This document shows, piece after piece, positions 1 to 7,943 of a stretch of DNA of 35,468 bases; position 1 is the first letter of the stretch, and the number at the start of each line of letters is the position of its first letter. The DNA is from an uncultured virus (IMG/VR IMGVR_UViG_3300025372_000013) (taxonomy: Duplodnaviria; Heunggongvirae; Uroviricota; Caudoviricetes). The position numbers and the translations under genes are program-made. The notes below the pieces were generated by a model, which was given only the letters and a program-made list of their open reading frames with translations, was not told where the DNA came from and did no database searches. The stretch lies in IMG/VR virus record IMGVR_UViG_3300025372_000013; one strand, given 5' to 3'.

Positions 1-100
1 TACCTGAAAATGCACCACACGCAGCACTGAAGTCTGTTGGTGTGATAGCTTGCTGTAATGCGACTTCTTGGATATACACTCCGGGACGTTGGTATGTCAT
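1..100 (-). CDS. Tail sheath protein, N-terminal fragment (runs off window)
   Basis: Manual translation from ATG at 100: MTYQRPGVYIQEVALQQAITPTDFSAACGAFSG. The RPGVY-x-E start is typical of contractile tail sheaths. AAGGAG RBS upstream. Confidence 0.85.
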   Translation of the reverse strand, partial: MTYQRPGVYIQEVALQQAITPTDFSAACGAFSG

Positions 101-162
101 TTGAGTTTTCTCCTTAAGAGATTAGGTTGTTAGAAGGGATTAGGTATAGTGGGCCGGGTAGT

Positions 163-762
163 TTACGGAACAAAGGTTGATGTCTGACTTGTAAACGTGA
201 TGTTAGGGTTGTGTAGTACTTCGTACATTTGGTCTAGCGAATTCTCAAAGATTTCCGCACTAATGCGAACATTAAAGACATTGCTAAACAGGCGCTTGTC
301 CTGTTCAGTACTATCTCTCTTTGAGAATCCTAATACATCAAGACGACGGATAGTGTTGTCTTGAGGTACGTATAGCTGGCCAAATCTAAGTGGTAGTCTA
401 CCAAAAGAAAGCAAAGATGCGATGATCTGGCGATCATGGCGGGGCTGACGAGCCCAGGTGCTTACCTGGTAGATAAGGTCTACTGGGATAGGATACCCAG
501 TACTGTATTCTTTGTTTGAATCTAAAGTGGTGCCATTATCAGGAAGATAGGAGATGGGGATATACCCACGGTGGGCACGGGTAGTATCTTCCTTAATGCC
601 TACAAGATCAAGGGTGATGTAGGGGTAGGATTGCTGACGAAGTTCTTTGTCAGGCTGCCCATAGAATACGGCAACAGGACGTGAAGGGTTACCGCCATCT
701 GAAACTGTGATTCCAGAGAGCAGGCTCTTTAGAGCGGCATCTTCATTTAGGATAAATGGCAT
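163..762 (-). CDS. Putative tail completion/terminator protein
   Basis: 199 aa directly upstream of the sheath gene; YPYITLDL and PVDLIYQVSTWAR segments resemble tail-terminator-type proteins. Call rests largely on position. Confidence 0.55.
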   Translation of the reverse strand: MPFILNEDAALKSLLSGITVSDGGNPSRPVAVFYGQPDKELRQQSYPYITLDLVGIKEDTTRAHRGYIPISYLPDNGTTLDSNKEYSTGYPIPVDLIYQVSTWARQPRHDRQIIASLLSFGRLPLRFGQLYVPQDNTIRRLDVLGFSKRDSTEQDKRLFSNVFNVRISAEIFENSLDQMYEVLHNPNITFTSQTSTFVP

Positions 763-763
763 C

Positions 764-1030
764 TTAGTTCCCCATCATAAAAGTACGTAGGGCAGGGTTA
801 GGTTGAGTATCCTGGGTTCCATACTCAAGAGTAAGGATCTGATTTTCTAAGTGCTCTGGATAAGAGATTTTATGTCCTTTGCCATCATGGATCATAGAAA
901 GACTTGAGACTATGTCTGATGGCCAGCCGTAATCAGCAACATGTTTGCGAAGCTTGGCTGTATAAGCGGGAGTTGCTGCTTTCTCCGAGCGCCTAATTGC
1001 GTAGTTGAATACTGATGATAACTTAGCCAC
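764..1030 (-). CDS. Putative neck protein (HK97 gp10-like)
   Basis: 88 aa with LEYGT...P.P.LR motif typical of gp10-like neck proteins; lies between head closure and tail completion genes. Confidence 0.5.
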   Translation of the reverse strand: MAKLSSVFNYAIRRSEKAATPAYTAKLRKHVADYGWPSDIVSSLSMIHDGKGHKISYPEHLENQILTLEYGTQDTQPNPALRTFMMGN

Positions 1031-1187
1031 GTTTGCTGAGTACCTTCGAAAGCAGATAGCCTACGCCAGCAGATACAGCAATCTTTTTGATTCCTGAACC
1101 CGGCATAATTCCCGCTGCTCCACGAACGAACTCTTCACGATCGGCATCGGTCTGTTGTTCGACCAGCCGTTTAGCAAGGTATAGCAT
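1023..1187 (-). CDS. Small hypothetical protein (54 aa, not in ORF track)
   Basis: GGAGG RBS then MLYLAKRLVEQQTDADREEFVRGAAGIMPGSGIKKIAVSAGVGYLLSKVLSKRG*; stop overlaps the next gene start. Confidence 0.75.
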   Translation of the reverse strand: MLYLAKRLVEQQTDADREEFVRGAAGIMPGSGIKKIAVSAGVGYLLSKVLSKRG

Positions 1188-1263
1188 CAGAATCCTCCTA
1201 TAGAGGCGTAAGGGTATTTCAGCAGGGTTCCAGATTTCTCTGGCGTCAGGGCAATCATAAAGG

Positions 1264-1287
1264 AAAAAGCCCCCTTGTGGGGGGCTA
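1264..1287 (-). terminator. Rho-independent terminator
   Basis: Minus strand AGCCCCC-CACAA-GGGGGCT followed by a T-run, just after the basic micro-ORF cluster. Confidence 0.75.
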
Positions 1288-1292
1288 AATCT

Positions 1293-1472
1293 TTACTTCT
1301 TTTTCTTGATCTTCTTAGCTAATGCCTTGTCCATCTTTTCGTCTTCCTTGCGGGAAGGCTTTTTCTTGTCCATCTTCTTATCCGCAGCCTCAAACTTTTT
1401 CTTTTGAGCTGGGGTCATTCCCTTTTCGAGCTTCTTATCTTGCTCTTTATCGGACTCTTTTTTCTTAGCCAT
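1293..1472 (-). CDS. Small Lys/Glu-rich protein (59 aa)
   Basis: MAKKKESDKEQDKKLEKG...; the ATG at 1472 has an AAGGA RBS and is preferred over the GTG at 1505. Confidence 0.8.
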   Translation of the reverse strand: MAKKKESDKEQDKKLEKGMTPAQKKKFEAADKKMDKKKPSRKEDEKMDKALAKKIKKKK

Positions 1473-1524
1473 TGTTGTCCTTCTTTCCGCAAGAGCAGTT
1501 TTCACACTTGCACTCTTGGGTCAT
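1465..1524 (-). CDS. Cys-rich micropeptide (19 aa, not in ORF track)
   Basis: MTQECKCENCSCGKKDNNG*; starts immediately after the upstream TAA (TAAATG) and exactly fills the gap. Confidence 0.55.
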   Translation of the reverse strand: MTQECKCENCSCGKKDNNG

Positions 1525-1620
1525 TTACTTACCCTTTTTTGTTGTAGGCTTGCCAGCTTTCTTCTTGCAGGCACCCTTGCAACCTGGCTTTGAACAGCCA
1601 CAGCCACATGCTTTGCACAT
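1525..1620 (-). CDS. Cys/Lys-rich micropeptide (31 aa, not in ORF track)
   Basis: MCKACGCGCSKPGCKGACKKKAGKPTTKKGK*; starts 2 nt after the upstream stop. Confidence 0.7.
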   Translation of the reverse strand: MCKACGCGCSKPGCKGACKKKAGKPTTKKGK

Positions 1621-1622
1621 AG

Positions 1623-1814
1623 TTACTTACCCTTCTTGTGAGTCTTGTGCCACTGACGGCCAGCGGCAATACCATCTTTCACAGTCTTAATCTTAGCATC
1701 TTTTTTGGTTAAGTCCATAGTAGGACCCCCACCATTAGGATGGCTTACGATAACGTCGCCCTTTTTGTTCTTAGTGAACTTATGGGTTTTTCCGGCAATC
1801 TTTACTTTTGCCAT
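1623..1814 (-). CDS. Small basic protein (63 aa)
   Basis: Lys-rich ORF coupled to the upstream gene by TAATG. Confidence 0.75.
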   Translation of the reverse strand: MAKVKIAGKTHKFTKNKKGDVIVSHPNGGGPTMDLTKKDAKIKTVKDGIAAGRQWHKTHKKGK

Positions 1815-1981
1815 TATCCGACCTTCTTGAGCCTTGGGTTCTTCTTCTTGGCTCCCTTTGAAGCTCCTCGTGAAGATGCTGCCAAAATTCGGTCTGCCGC
1901 CTTTTGGGAGACGCCTTCCTTCTTAGCAATCTTTGCAGAAGCTTTTTCAAAGCCGGGATGTTTCTTTGTACTTTTAGTCAT
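1814..1981 (-). CDS. Small basic protein (55 aa, not in ORF track)
   Basis: MTKSTKKHPGFEKASAKIAKKEGVSQKAADRILAASSRGASKGAKKKNPRLKKVG*; fills the gap with a TAATG overlap. Confidence 0.8.
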   Translation of the reverse strand: MTKSTKKHPGFEKASAKIAKKEGVSQKAADRILAASSRGASKGAKKKNPRLKKVG

Positions 1982-1986
1982 GGTAA

Positions 1987-2481
1987 TTACCCTACGTTAT
2001 AGATGGTTAAGTTAGCTGATGGAGATGCTGGGCGAGTTGGGTTTGTACCATCTGCGGTAGCAATCAGTGCCATACCTGATGCACCAGACCACCAGTGAAA
2101 TTGGATATAGTCCCCAGCAACAACTGAAATAGGGGATTCAATATTTGCTAAAACCTGTGAGTTTTGAGCACTAGCTGTGGTAAAGGTAAAAGCAGAAGCC
2201 GGAACCTGAACACCGTTTTTAGAAAACCAACAAGTAATGTGGTAGTCGCTTGTACCGCCAGTAAAGTTAAACTGACCTAAAAAGTTAAGGTTGTAGGTGC
2301 CAGGTACAGCAAAAACAATCTTGCTAGTATCTGAACCAAGAGCCATTCCTTTACTTAAGTTTGTTGTATCCCAAGTAATTAAATTATCTGAGGTGGCTCC
2401 GCCACTAGCTTGGCTTGTACTTCTAGCAAAGTTACCGTAGTAAAGAATAGATGCGGGAGATAATGATTTCTTTACGCTCAT
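1987..2481 (-). CDS. Putative virion protein with C1q/BclA-C-terminal-like jelly-roll domain
   Basis: Pattern ITWD...IVFAVPGTYNLNF..QF...WFSKNG..VP.S...VAGDYIQF resembles C1q/BclA-C domains. Confidence 0.55.
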   Translation of the reverse strand: MSVKKSLSPASILYYGNFARSTSQASGGATSDNLITWDTTNLSKGMALGSDTSKIVFAVPGTYNLNFLGQFNFTGGTSDYHITCWFSKNGVQVPASAFTFTTASAQNSQVLANIESPISVVAGDYIQFHWWSGASGMALIATADGTNPTRPASPSANLTIYNVG

Positions 2482-2789
2482 GCTGTTGTCACCAACAATA
2501 CTGCTACGTTAGAAGAGCCGCTTGAGATTGCCCACACATTTTCATTTCCTCCGAGGAGGTCAATAGAAACAGAGGCCCCGGCTACAAGTGAGACGCCATA
2601 ATTTGAAGATGTAACTCCAGCTCCTCCAAGATATACGGTAGCGGCAGTGTCTACATTTTCAACATATATGGTAGCTGATTGCCAAGTGTAATTTTTTTCA
2701 CCAGTTACTGGGTCTGTAATTACGTTGTCTGGTGTTAGATCAACAGCTGTTGAGCTATTGAGTGCAACTGTTGCATGAGATAGTGACAT
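2478..2789 (-). CDS. Hypothetical beta-rich virion protein
   Basis: 103 aa; IYVENVD..TVYLGG..V....G..L.AG pattern; AAGGA RBS; ATGA overlap with next gene. Confidence 0.6.
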   Translation of the reverse strand: MSLSHATVALNSSTAVDLTPDNVITDPVTGEKNYTWQSATIYVENVDTAATVYLGGAGVTSSNYGVSLVAGASVSIDLLGGNENVWAISSGSSNVAVLLVTTA

Positions 2790-2797
2790 GGTCTTCC

Positions 2798-3373
2798 TTA
2801 GTAGGTTGTAGGGTCAAAAGCAGAGTAGTTTGCATAGTGTTGGAACTGAGGATCGTTGACCAACTCTTCTGCGTTTACCTGCTCACAGATAATTCTAAGT
2901 AGGGTGTAGTTTGAGCCAATTATACCCTCTGGCAATACCCTGGTAGGTGTAAATACTTCATCACGAAACACAATACGGTCACGTAGATAGAAGTCTGGGT
3001 TAAGCTCAACGTTAGCTAACTCTGGGATGTTATTTGCATTTGCCCCATAAAAATTTAGGCTGTTCTCAACTACATCTACGTTAACGATGAGGGTAAGACG
3101 GTCGGTGTTGTAGAAACCACGGTCTGACTGTACAGTCACACCCTGTTCTAGTCGAGCACTGACAACGGGGATAGTCAGAGGGTTCTTCCATTTACGACCA
3201 CCTGTAACCGAACCAGTATCGTAGACAGGATCTATAACCGTGTTAACCGAGTCAAAGAGCCACCAAGCTACGGTAGTACCTACGGTCTTCTGAAGCTCTA
3301 CAGTGGTTCCGGACACGAAAGAGGAGCGTTCGGACAGAACGCTAAATCTACCTTGCCTATTTTCTCCACGCAT
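2798..3373 (-). CDS. Putative head closure / head-tail joining protein
   Basis: 191 aa beta-rich; DPVYD and RDRIVFRDEVF segments typical of head-closure beta-barrels; located in the neck module. Confidence 0.5.
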   Translation of the reverse strand: MRGENRQGRFSVLSERSSFVSGTTVELQKTVGTTVAWWLFDSVNTVIDPVYDTGSVTGGRKWKNPLTIPVVSARLEQGVTVQSDRGFYNTDRLTLIVNVDVVENSLNFYGANANNIPELANVELNPDFYLRDRIVFRDEVFTPTRVLPEGIIGSNYTLLRIICEQVNAEELVNDPQFQHYANYSAFDPTTY

Positions 3374-3379
3374 AGGAGT

Positions 3380-3385
3380 AGTCTA
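3380..3385 (-). promoter_or_regulatory. -10 hexamer of a probable leaderless transcript
   Basis: TAGACT exactly 6 nt before the ATG at 3373, with no SD in between. Confidence 0.55.
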
Positions 3386-3402
3386 CCTCTCGGTTAGGGG
3401 GA

Positions 3403-4392
3403 TCACCTATTAAACTCTTTAGGGATGTACCCCTCTTTAAATGGCCCGTACTTAAGGTTGATCTTTGTGTACTTGCAAAACCTATCCACTTTTGACTTGT
3501 TAGCTGGGTTAGTTACGTACTTTATCCAATTCTGTTTGATAGAGTCGTAGTATTCCTCGTTAGTCAGCATCTTAGGGTTAGCCCCGCTTACCCTATAGGT
3601 AGGGTGGAGAACGTTCTCTGGAGAAGTGTTGTTCTGAAATAGATGGGAAAGAGGTACCGTCATATTTGGGAACACCAAAGAAAAGCCAGCCTCTAACAAG
3701 CTCATTGTCTGGATAATCTCTTCTTCCCAAAAGATGGTGTCTATATCTAGACCAGTGTTCCCGAAGTAATGCTTGTTAGAGAATACAAACTGAGCATTAA
3801 ATTTAACTGCTGGAACATACAAGTCATCCGATCTGTACTTGTGGGAGTCTGGACCAGCCAATGGCTCATCAGACCATGCTGGGATACCGGTATTGTTCCA
3901 GGTCCTAAAAATCATAATAGGGTACTGAGCAAGCTTGTCGTGCCTTAGAGGGACACGATCTCCATTATCTAGATGCTTAAACCCAGGCAAATAAGCAGTC
4001 ATAATTGTCTTTGGGTTTTTAGTTGCCTCTAACGCACCCTCATACATCTTGATTAGTTTAGTATCCCAATTCTTTTCAAATAAGGTGTGCGAGTCTACTT
4101 GAAGGATGTAGTCTTCCCCATCATACATAGATAGGGCCTGGTCCCTACCAAAACCGATAGAAGGTTCATACTCATCTACCTTAAAGCGCTTAAACTTTAC
4201 TTGTGGGAATTCAAGGAGCTTTTCTATCTTGTCCTTGTAATAAAACTCGTAATCAACTTGTGGGTGGACAGTCTCCATAAGAACAAGACCAATAGTAAGG
4301 TCATCTGGATTAGCGGCACTCTGAATAGCCTCAAATACAGTGAAGGGGAGCTGATTATCGTACATGGTTGGGATAGCAATGTAGATAGACAT
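3403..4392 (-). CDS. Glycosyltransferase, GT60-like (GlcNAc transferase family)
   Basis: N-terminal IYIAIPTMYD; GFGR..A..MYDGEDYILQVDSH..FEKNWD..LI; FWEEE...GF..V.P....LSHL. These match the Skp1-hydroxyproline GlcNAc-transferase (GT60) signature. Confidence 0.8.
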   Translation of the reverse strand: MSIYIAIPTMYDNQLPFTVFEAIQSAANPDDLTIGLVLMETVHPQVDYEFYYKDKIEKLLEFPQVKFKRFKVDEYEPSIGFGRDQALSMYDGEDYILQVDSHTLFEKNWDTKLIKMYEGALEATKNPKTIMTAYLPGFKHLDNGDRVPLRHDKLAQYPIMIFRTWNNTGIPAWSDEPLAGPDSHKYRSDDLYVPAVKFNAQFVFSNKHYFGNTGLDIDTIFWEEEIIQTMSLLEAGFSLVFPNMTVPLSHLFQNNTSPENVLHPTYRVSGANPKMLTNEEYYDSIKQNWIKYVTNPANKSKVDRFCKYTKINLKYGPFKEGYIPKEFNR

Positions 4393-4393
4393 C

Positions 4394-4558
4394 TTAATCC
4401 TCTAGATCTACAAAGGTAGGGTTACTTAAAAATAGCGAGGCTAGTCTGGGGCTATTTACCCCAAAGACTTCAACAATCTCGCCATCTACAACCACACCAA
4501 GACGGATGGTCTTAACTTCAACTACCGCCTCAACAGGCTTATTCTTTTTAAACATCAT
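4394..4558 (-). CDS. Small 'LSNPTF' family protein (54 aa, not in ORF track)
   Basis: MMFKKNKPVEAVVEVKTIRLGVVVDGEIVEVFGVNSPRLASLFLSNPTFVDLED*; ATGA overlap with upstream gene; paralogous to 11675..12010 and 10579..10965. Confidence 0.85.
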   Translation of the reverse strand: MMFKKNKPVEAVVEVKTIRLGVVVDGEIVEVFGVNSPRLASLFLSNPTFVDLED

Positions 4559-5238
4559 GAGTACTCCTTTGGCTTACGCCATAACTTTTTATATACGCCT
4601 GTTGCAGAACGTAGGTAACTACTTCTTTCTACCTGATCTGCCGTTTCAGTGTAGTCTTGAACAGATAACCACTTGTCTCTTTTAATAGGGATTAGTTGTG
4701 CAATAGGGGTACCCGCAGGTATTACTCCAGTCCAACCTTCTCGTATAAAGAATGGCACATTACCCCAACCAGTAAACTCTTCGCTATCAACTATGCCGGA
4801 CATGGTAGTGAACGGCAGATCGAATCTGTTTACGGGATGGGTTAATAATACGCTATAACCCTCAGGAACCTTCCACCCCCATTGACAATTCCATGCTAGG
4901 TGGTTGTGTGCATGCCCGGCAGGACGGGGTATTGTGTGGCCAGTTAAACCTAGTCTCTCTGTTAGTACAGGAAACCCAGTTTCTTCCCAGCTTAGTTTAG
5001 AGCGACCTTCATCATCTAAGGTCACCTCAATATCAACAGGGGTAACCAACATATAGCCAGAAATCATGGCATCAAGAAAAGGTACGCAGACTTTTAAGCC
5101 ATCGTATTTAACGCCGTGCTTATCGTAGTAATGGCGCTCAGCATTTTTATACCAGTCTGGGACTTCGCTCTTTGCAGGTACTGGCGGCCTATGCTCTTTT
5201 TTTACACCAGGGCTAGGTACAAACCTAAAGACCTTCAT
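4555..5238 (-). CDS. DUF6065-like protein, copy 2
   Basis: P.WY...LKVCVPFLDAM.SGY...P.G.S.L.THP.NR.DLPF.T.SG.VDS...IPAGTP..Q.IP.KR; close paralogue of 10965..11657. Confidence 0.65.
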   Translation of the reverse strand: MKVFRFVPSPGVKKEHRPPVPAKSEVPDWYKNAERHYYDKHGVKYDGLKVCVPFLDAMISGYMLVTPVDIEVTLDDEGRSKLSWEETGFPVLTERLGLTGHTIPRPAGHAHNHLAWNCQWGWKVPEGYSVLLTHPVNRFDLPFTTMSGIVDSEEFTGWGNVPFFIREGWTGVIPAGTPIAQLIPIKRDKWLSVQDYTETADQVERSSYLRSATGVYKKLWRKPKEYS

Positions 5239-5257
5239 GCGCTCCTCCGTACAAACT

Positions 5258-6520
5258 TTATCCAGTAATTGTAGCCGTAAAGTAACCTATGCTATTTCCC
5301 TGAGCTTGAGCTGAGGTTGTTAGAATTATACCAGTCTTTGTAGCCGTAGGAGAACTGCCCAATGTGGTGGTTGCGGTACCCACGCTAGTGGTTTGAGCAT
5401 TGTCGCTAAAAGCAGTGGCGGTTACCGAACTTCCGCTAACTACAACCTTTAGTGAAGATAGTAGGCCGCTTAAGGTAGTAGAGGCCAAGGTAGAGACTGT
5501 TCCAGCAACTGATTGGTAAATATTAAGTAGATATGTAGTATTAGTGAGAGTGCCAGTCGCAGTAGCAGTGTATGTAGAAGGCACGGAATAGCTGCCTGTT
5601 GAAGAGTATGTACCAGAATAGTACGGAGAATAGTTTGTGTAGGAACCTAGTGAACTGTAGGAAGTATATGTTTGGTAGCTGTATGGGCTGCTGATGTCTC
5701 CCTGATTAGGAGACCCTACAACATATGAGCTGTAAGTAGGTTGTACATATGTGCTGTAAGAACCGTAGTTAATTAGATAACGAGTAGATCCCTGGTAGTT
5801 TAATCCACCATTGTAGGTAGCGTATGGTGCGCCGTACCCATTTGCAACATAGAATGAATAAGTTCCATGATCCCAATATCCGGCAGTAACATATTGATAC
5901 CGGGTAGAGTAGACATATGCTCCATCCCAAGAGTAATTGGTTCCTGATACATATTGGCCGGTAGGTTGATATACGTTGAAATAAAAATAGGTAGTTCCGC
6001 TGGCATAGTATCCAAGTGGAGTTCCAGAAGTATATGGGGTGCTGTATGTGTAGGGAGCTGTGTATGTGTATGGTGCTGTGTATCCATATGAATATGAATA
6101 GTATGTATCGTTTTCAAGTCCCACAGCAGCAAGCCAGTTATTAGCATCAGTAACTAAAAAGGCAATACCACTACCTAGGCTTACGTCAGCAGCAGTAGCG
6201 GTTATGTTTGGGTTACCCATATCTGTAGTAGATAGGGTGTTGTTTGAAGGAGAATCAGAAGTTACTGCTTTTCCTGTAGCAGCAGCCCAGGTTCCCTTAA
6301 GAGAGGTCCAAAGACCTCCGCTTGAAGAGGTTCCTAGATATGGCCCACCACGATTAAAAGTATCTGAAAATGATCCAGTAAACCATTGGTGCCAGACACC
6401 ACCAATTTTAATCCAACCTGAGGTTACAGAGTGCCAGCTTTGAATACCGCCGGTTGTAACCTTAGTTAGTAAACTACCAGCTGTACGCCAAACCCCGCCT
6501 ACTTTGACTTGACCACTCAT
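5258..6520 (-). CDS. Putative fibre-tip/adhesin protein with Tyr-rich insert
   Basis: N-terminal K[VI]GGVW repeats; FSDTFNR-type beta-sandwich; ~190-aa Tyr/Ser/Thr/Gly insert; paralogue of 12022..13803. Confidence 0.7.
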   Translation of the reverse strand: MSGQVKVGGVWRTAGSLLTKVTTGGIQSWHSVTSGWIKIGGVWHQWFTGSFSDTFNRGGPYLGTSSSGGLWTSLKGTWAAATGKAVTSDSPSNNTLSTTDMGNPNITATAADVSLGSGIAFLVTDANNWLAAVGLENDTYYSYSYGYTAPYTYTAPYTYSTPYTSGTPLGYYASGTTYFYFNVYQPTGQYVSGTNYSWDGAYVYSTRYQYVTAGYWDHGTYSFYVANGYGAPYATYNGGLNYQGSTRYLINYGSYSTYVQPTYSSYVVGSPNQGDISSPYSYQTYTSYSSLGSYTNYSPYYSGTYSSTGSYSVPSTYTATATGTLTNTTYLLNIYQSVAGTVSTLASTTLSGLLSSLKVVVSGSSVTATAFSDNAQTTSVGTATTTLGSSPTATKTGIILTTSAQAQGNSIGYFTATITG

Positions 6521-7452
6521 TATACATACACCAACCAGACGTCTCCTTCATTGCCTTGTCCAGATGTTGGGGTAGTTGTGCTAACCCACATATTTCGAAC
6601 TACGTTAGAAGATGCGGTAACTGTTGAAGCAGTTGTGACTGATCCGTTAGTCTGAGAAACATAAGAAGTAATAGGAGTCTGCCAAGAAGGTAGACCTCCC
6701 ACAACCGTAAGAACTTGACCAGAAGATCCAATACCCAACCTTGTGTTTCCACTGTTGTATGTAAGTAGGTCTCCGTTTGTTGTTAGGGTGTTGGTAGGAA
6801 GATAAGAAGGCAGGTTGGACCAAGTTGGGATACCCCCAGAAACGGTCAGATACTGGCCTGTAGAGCCAATACCTATGCGACCTACAGTAGATGACCCTGT
6901 GCCGTAGATAAGGTCTCCAGAGGCCGTCACAGTCGAAAGAGGCACCTTTGTATTTGCTAGGGCACCGACTGATGTAACGCTGCTGAGAATGGAGTTATAT
7001 TCTGAGCTACCCACATAAAGGACGTTGCTTCCGCTAACCTGAGGAAGGCCCTGGTAGTTTAGGGTAAAGCCAGGCGTGTTAAGAAGATTGTTAGTTCCTG
7101 TGCCGGTAGTCAATGTGAGCCCTACACCACCAGATGTGCTGGTAGTGATGGTGCTGCCGCCAGTCTTAAATACGTAAGGAGCAACTGATACGCCGTAGAT
7201 CAAACCGTTTTCGATATTGGCAAGACGTTGAGCTAATGTATTCCAAGAGGTGGTTGCTGTACTAAACGCTGTAGACGAGGTGAAGTTGGAGACAAGCACG
7301 CCGCCAGCAAAGCCGTCAGAAGGAACTCCAAGCCCTGTTTCAAGAGCTCTGACTTCTTGCTGCAGAGAGTTTACGTCGTTGGCTACAACAGTATCCTGAA
7401 GATCTACACGGGCTGTATAGGGATAAACTGCATTAGGAAAACCGGTTGTCAT
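6520..7452 (-). CDS. Fibre protein
   Basis: N-terminal V.ANDVNSLQ.EV.ALE anchor; two GDL......RIGIGS.GQ.LTV.GG.P.W repeats; C-terminal TP....EGDVW motif. Confidence 0.7.
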   Translation of the reverse strand: MTTGFPNAVYPYTARVDLQDTVVANDVNSLQQEVRALETGLGVPSDGFAGGVLVSNFTSSTAFSTATTSWNTLAQRLANIENGLIYGVSVAPYVFKTGGSTITTSTSGGVGLTLTTGTGTNNLLNTPGFTLNYQGLPQVSGSNVLYVGSSEYNSILSSVTSVGALANTKVPLSTVTASGDLIYGTGSSTVGRIGIGSTGQYLTVSGGIPTWSNLPSYLPTNTLTTNGDLLTYNSGNTRLGIGSSGQVLTVVGGLPSWQTPITSYVSQTNGSVTTASTVTASSNVVRNMWVSTTTPTSGQGNEGDVWLVYV

Positions 7453-7478
7453 CTAGACTCCTTCACTTAATGCCCACC

Positions 7479-7507
7479 ACGATACCTGAAAACTACAAAA
7501 TTGTCTG
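7479..7507 (-). promoter_or_regulatory. Putative sigma70/SigA-type promoter
   Basis: CAGACA-N17-TATCGT upstream of the AAGGAG RBS of 7452. Confidence 0.5.
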
Positions 7508-7508
7508 C

Positions 7509-7943
7509 CTAGCCAACCAGGTACTTGGTGCAGACCCCGTAGATACCCTCAAAGATACTTAAATCTGTAGGCTCAGTAAGTACCACTATTGACTTGTTTG
7601 TCAAAGCCCTACCAGGGTAAGTCCAGATATAGCCATTGCTGGTCAGGGTATGGTCATCATTTTGGTGCCAGAAGAACCTGGCATCTGGGATGTTGTTAGA
7701 GAAGTATCCTAGGGCCTCAATGTTCTTACAGTGGAACCATGCCTTATCTTTGATGGCGTTTATGAACTCCTCATCAATCTCATAGAACGGCTCATCGTGC
7801 CCTAAGAACATACCTTCCGGATTCATCCAGACATCAACCTCTACGTCATAGCCTTGGGCAATAGCAGAGACTACGTCAACGGGATTGTTCTCCCCGTCCT
7901 TGTTTTCTCCCCTAATCAAACCTCTATGGGCAATCTTAATCAT
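7509..7943 (-). CDS. Short glycerophosphodiester-phosphodiesterase-like protein
   Basis: IAHRG...EN...GYDVEVDV...LGHD...HCKN motifs of the PLC-like/GDPD fold. Confidence 0.75.
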   Translation of the reverse strand: MIKIAHRGLIRGENKDGENNPVDVVSAIAQGYDVEVDVWMNPEGMFLGHDEPFYEIDEEFINAIKDKAWFHCKNIEALGYFSNNIPDARFFWHQNDDHTLTSNGYIWTYPGRALTNKSIVVLTEPTDLSIFEGIYGVCTKYLVG

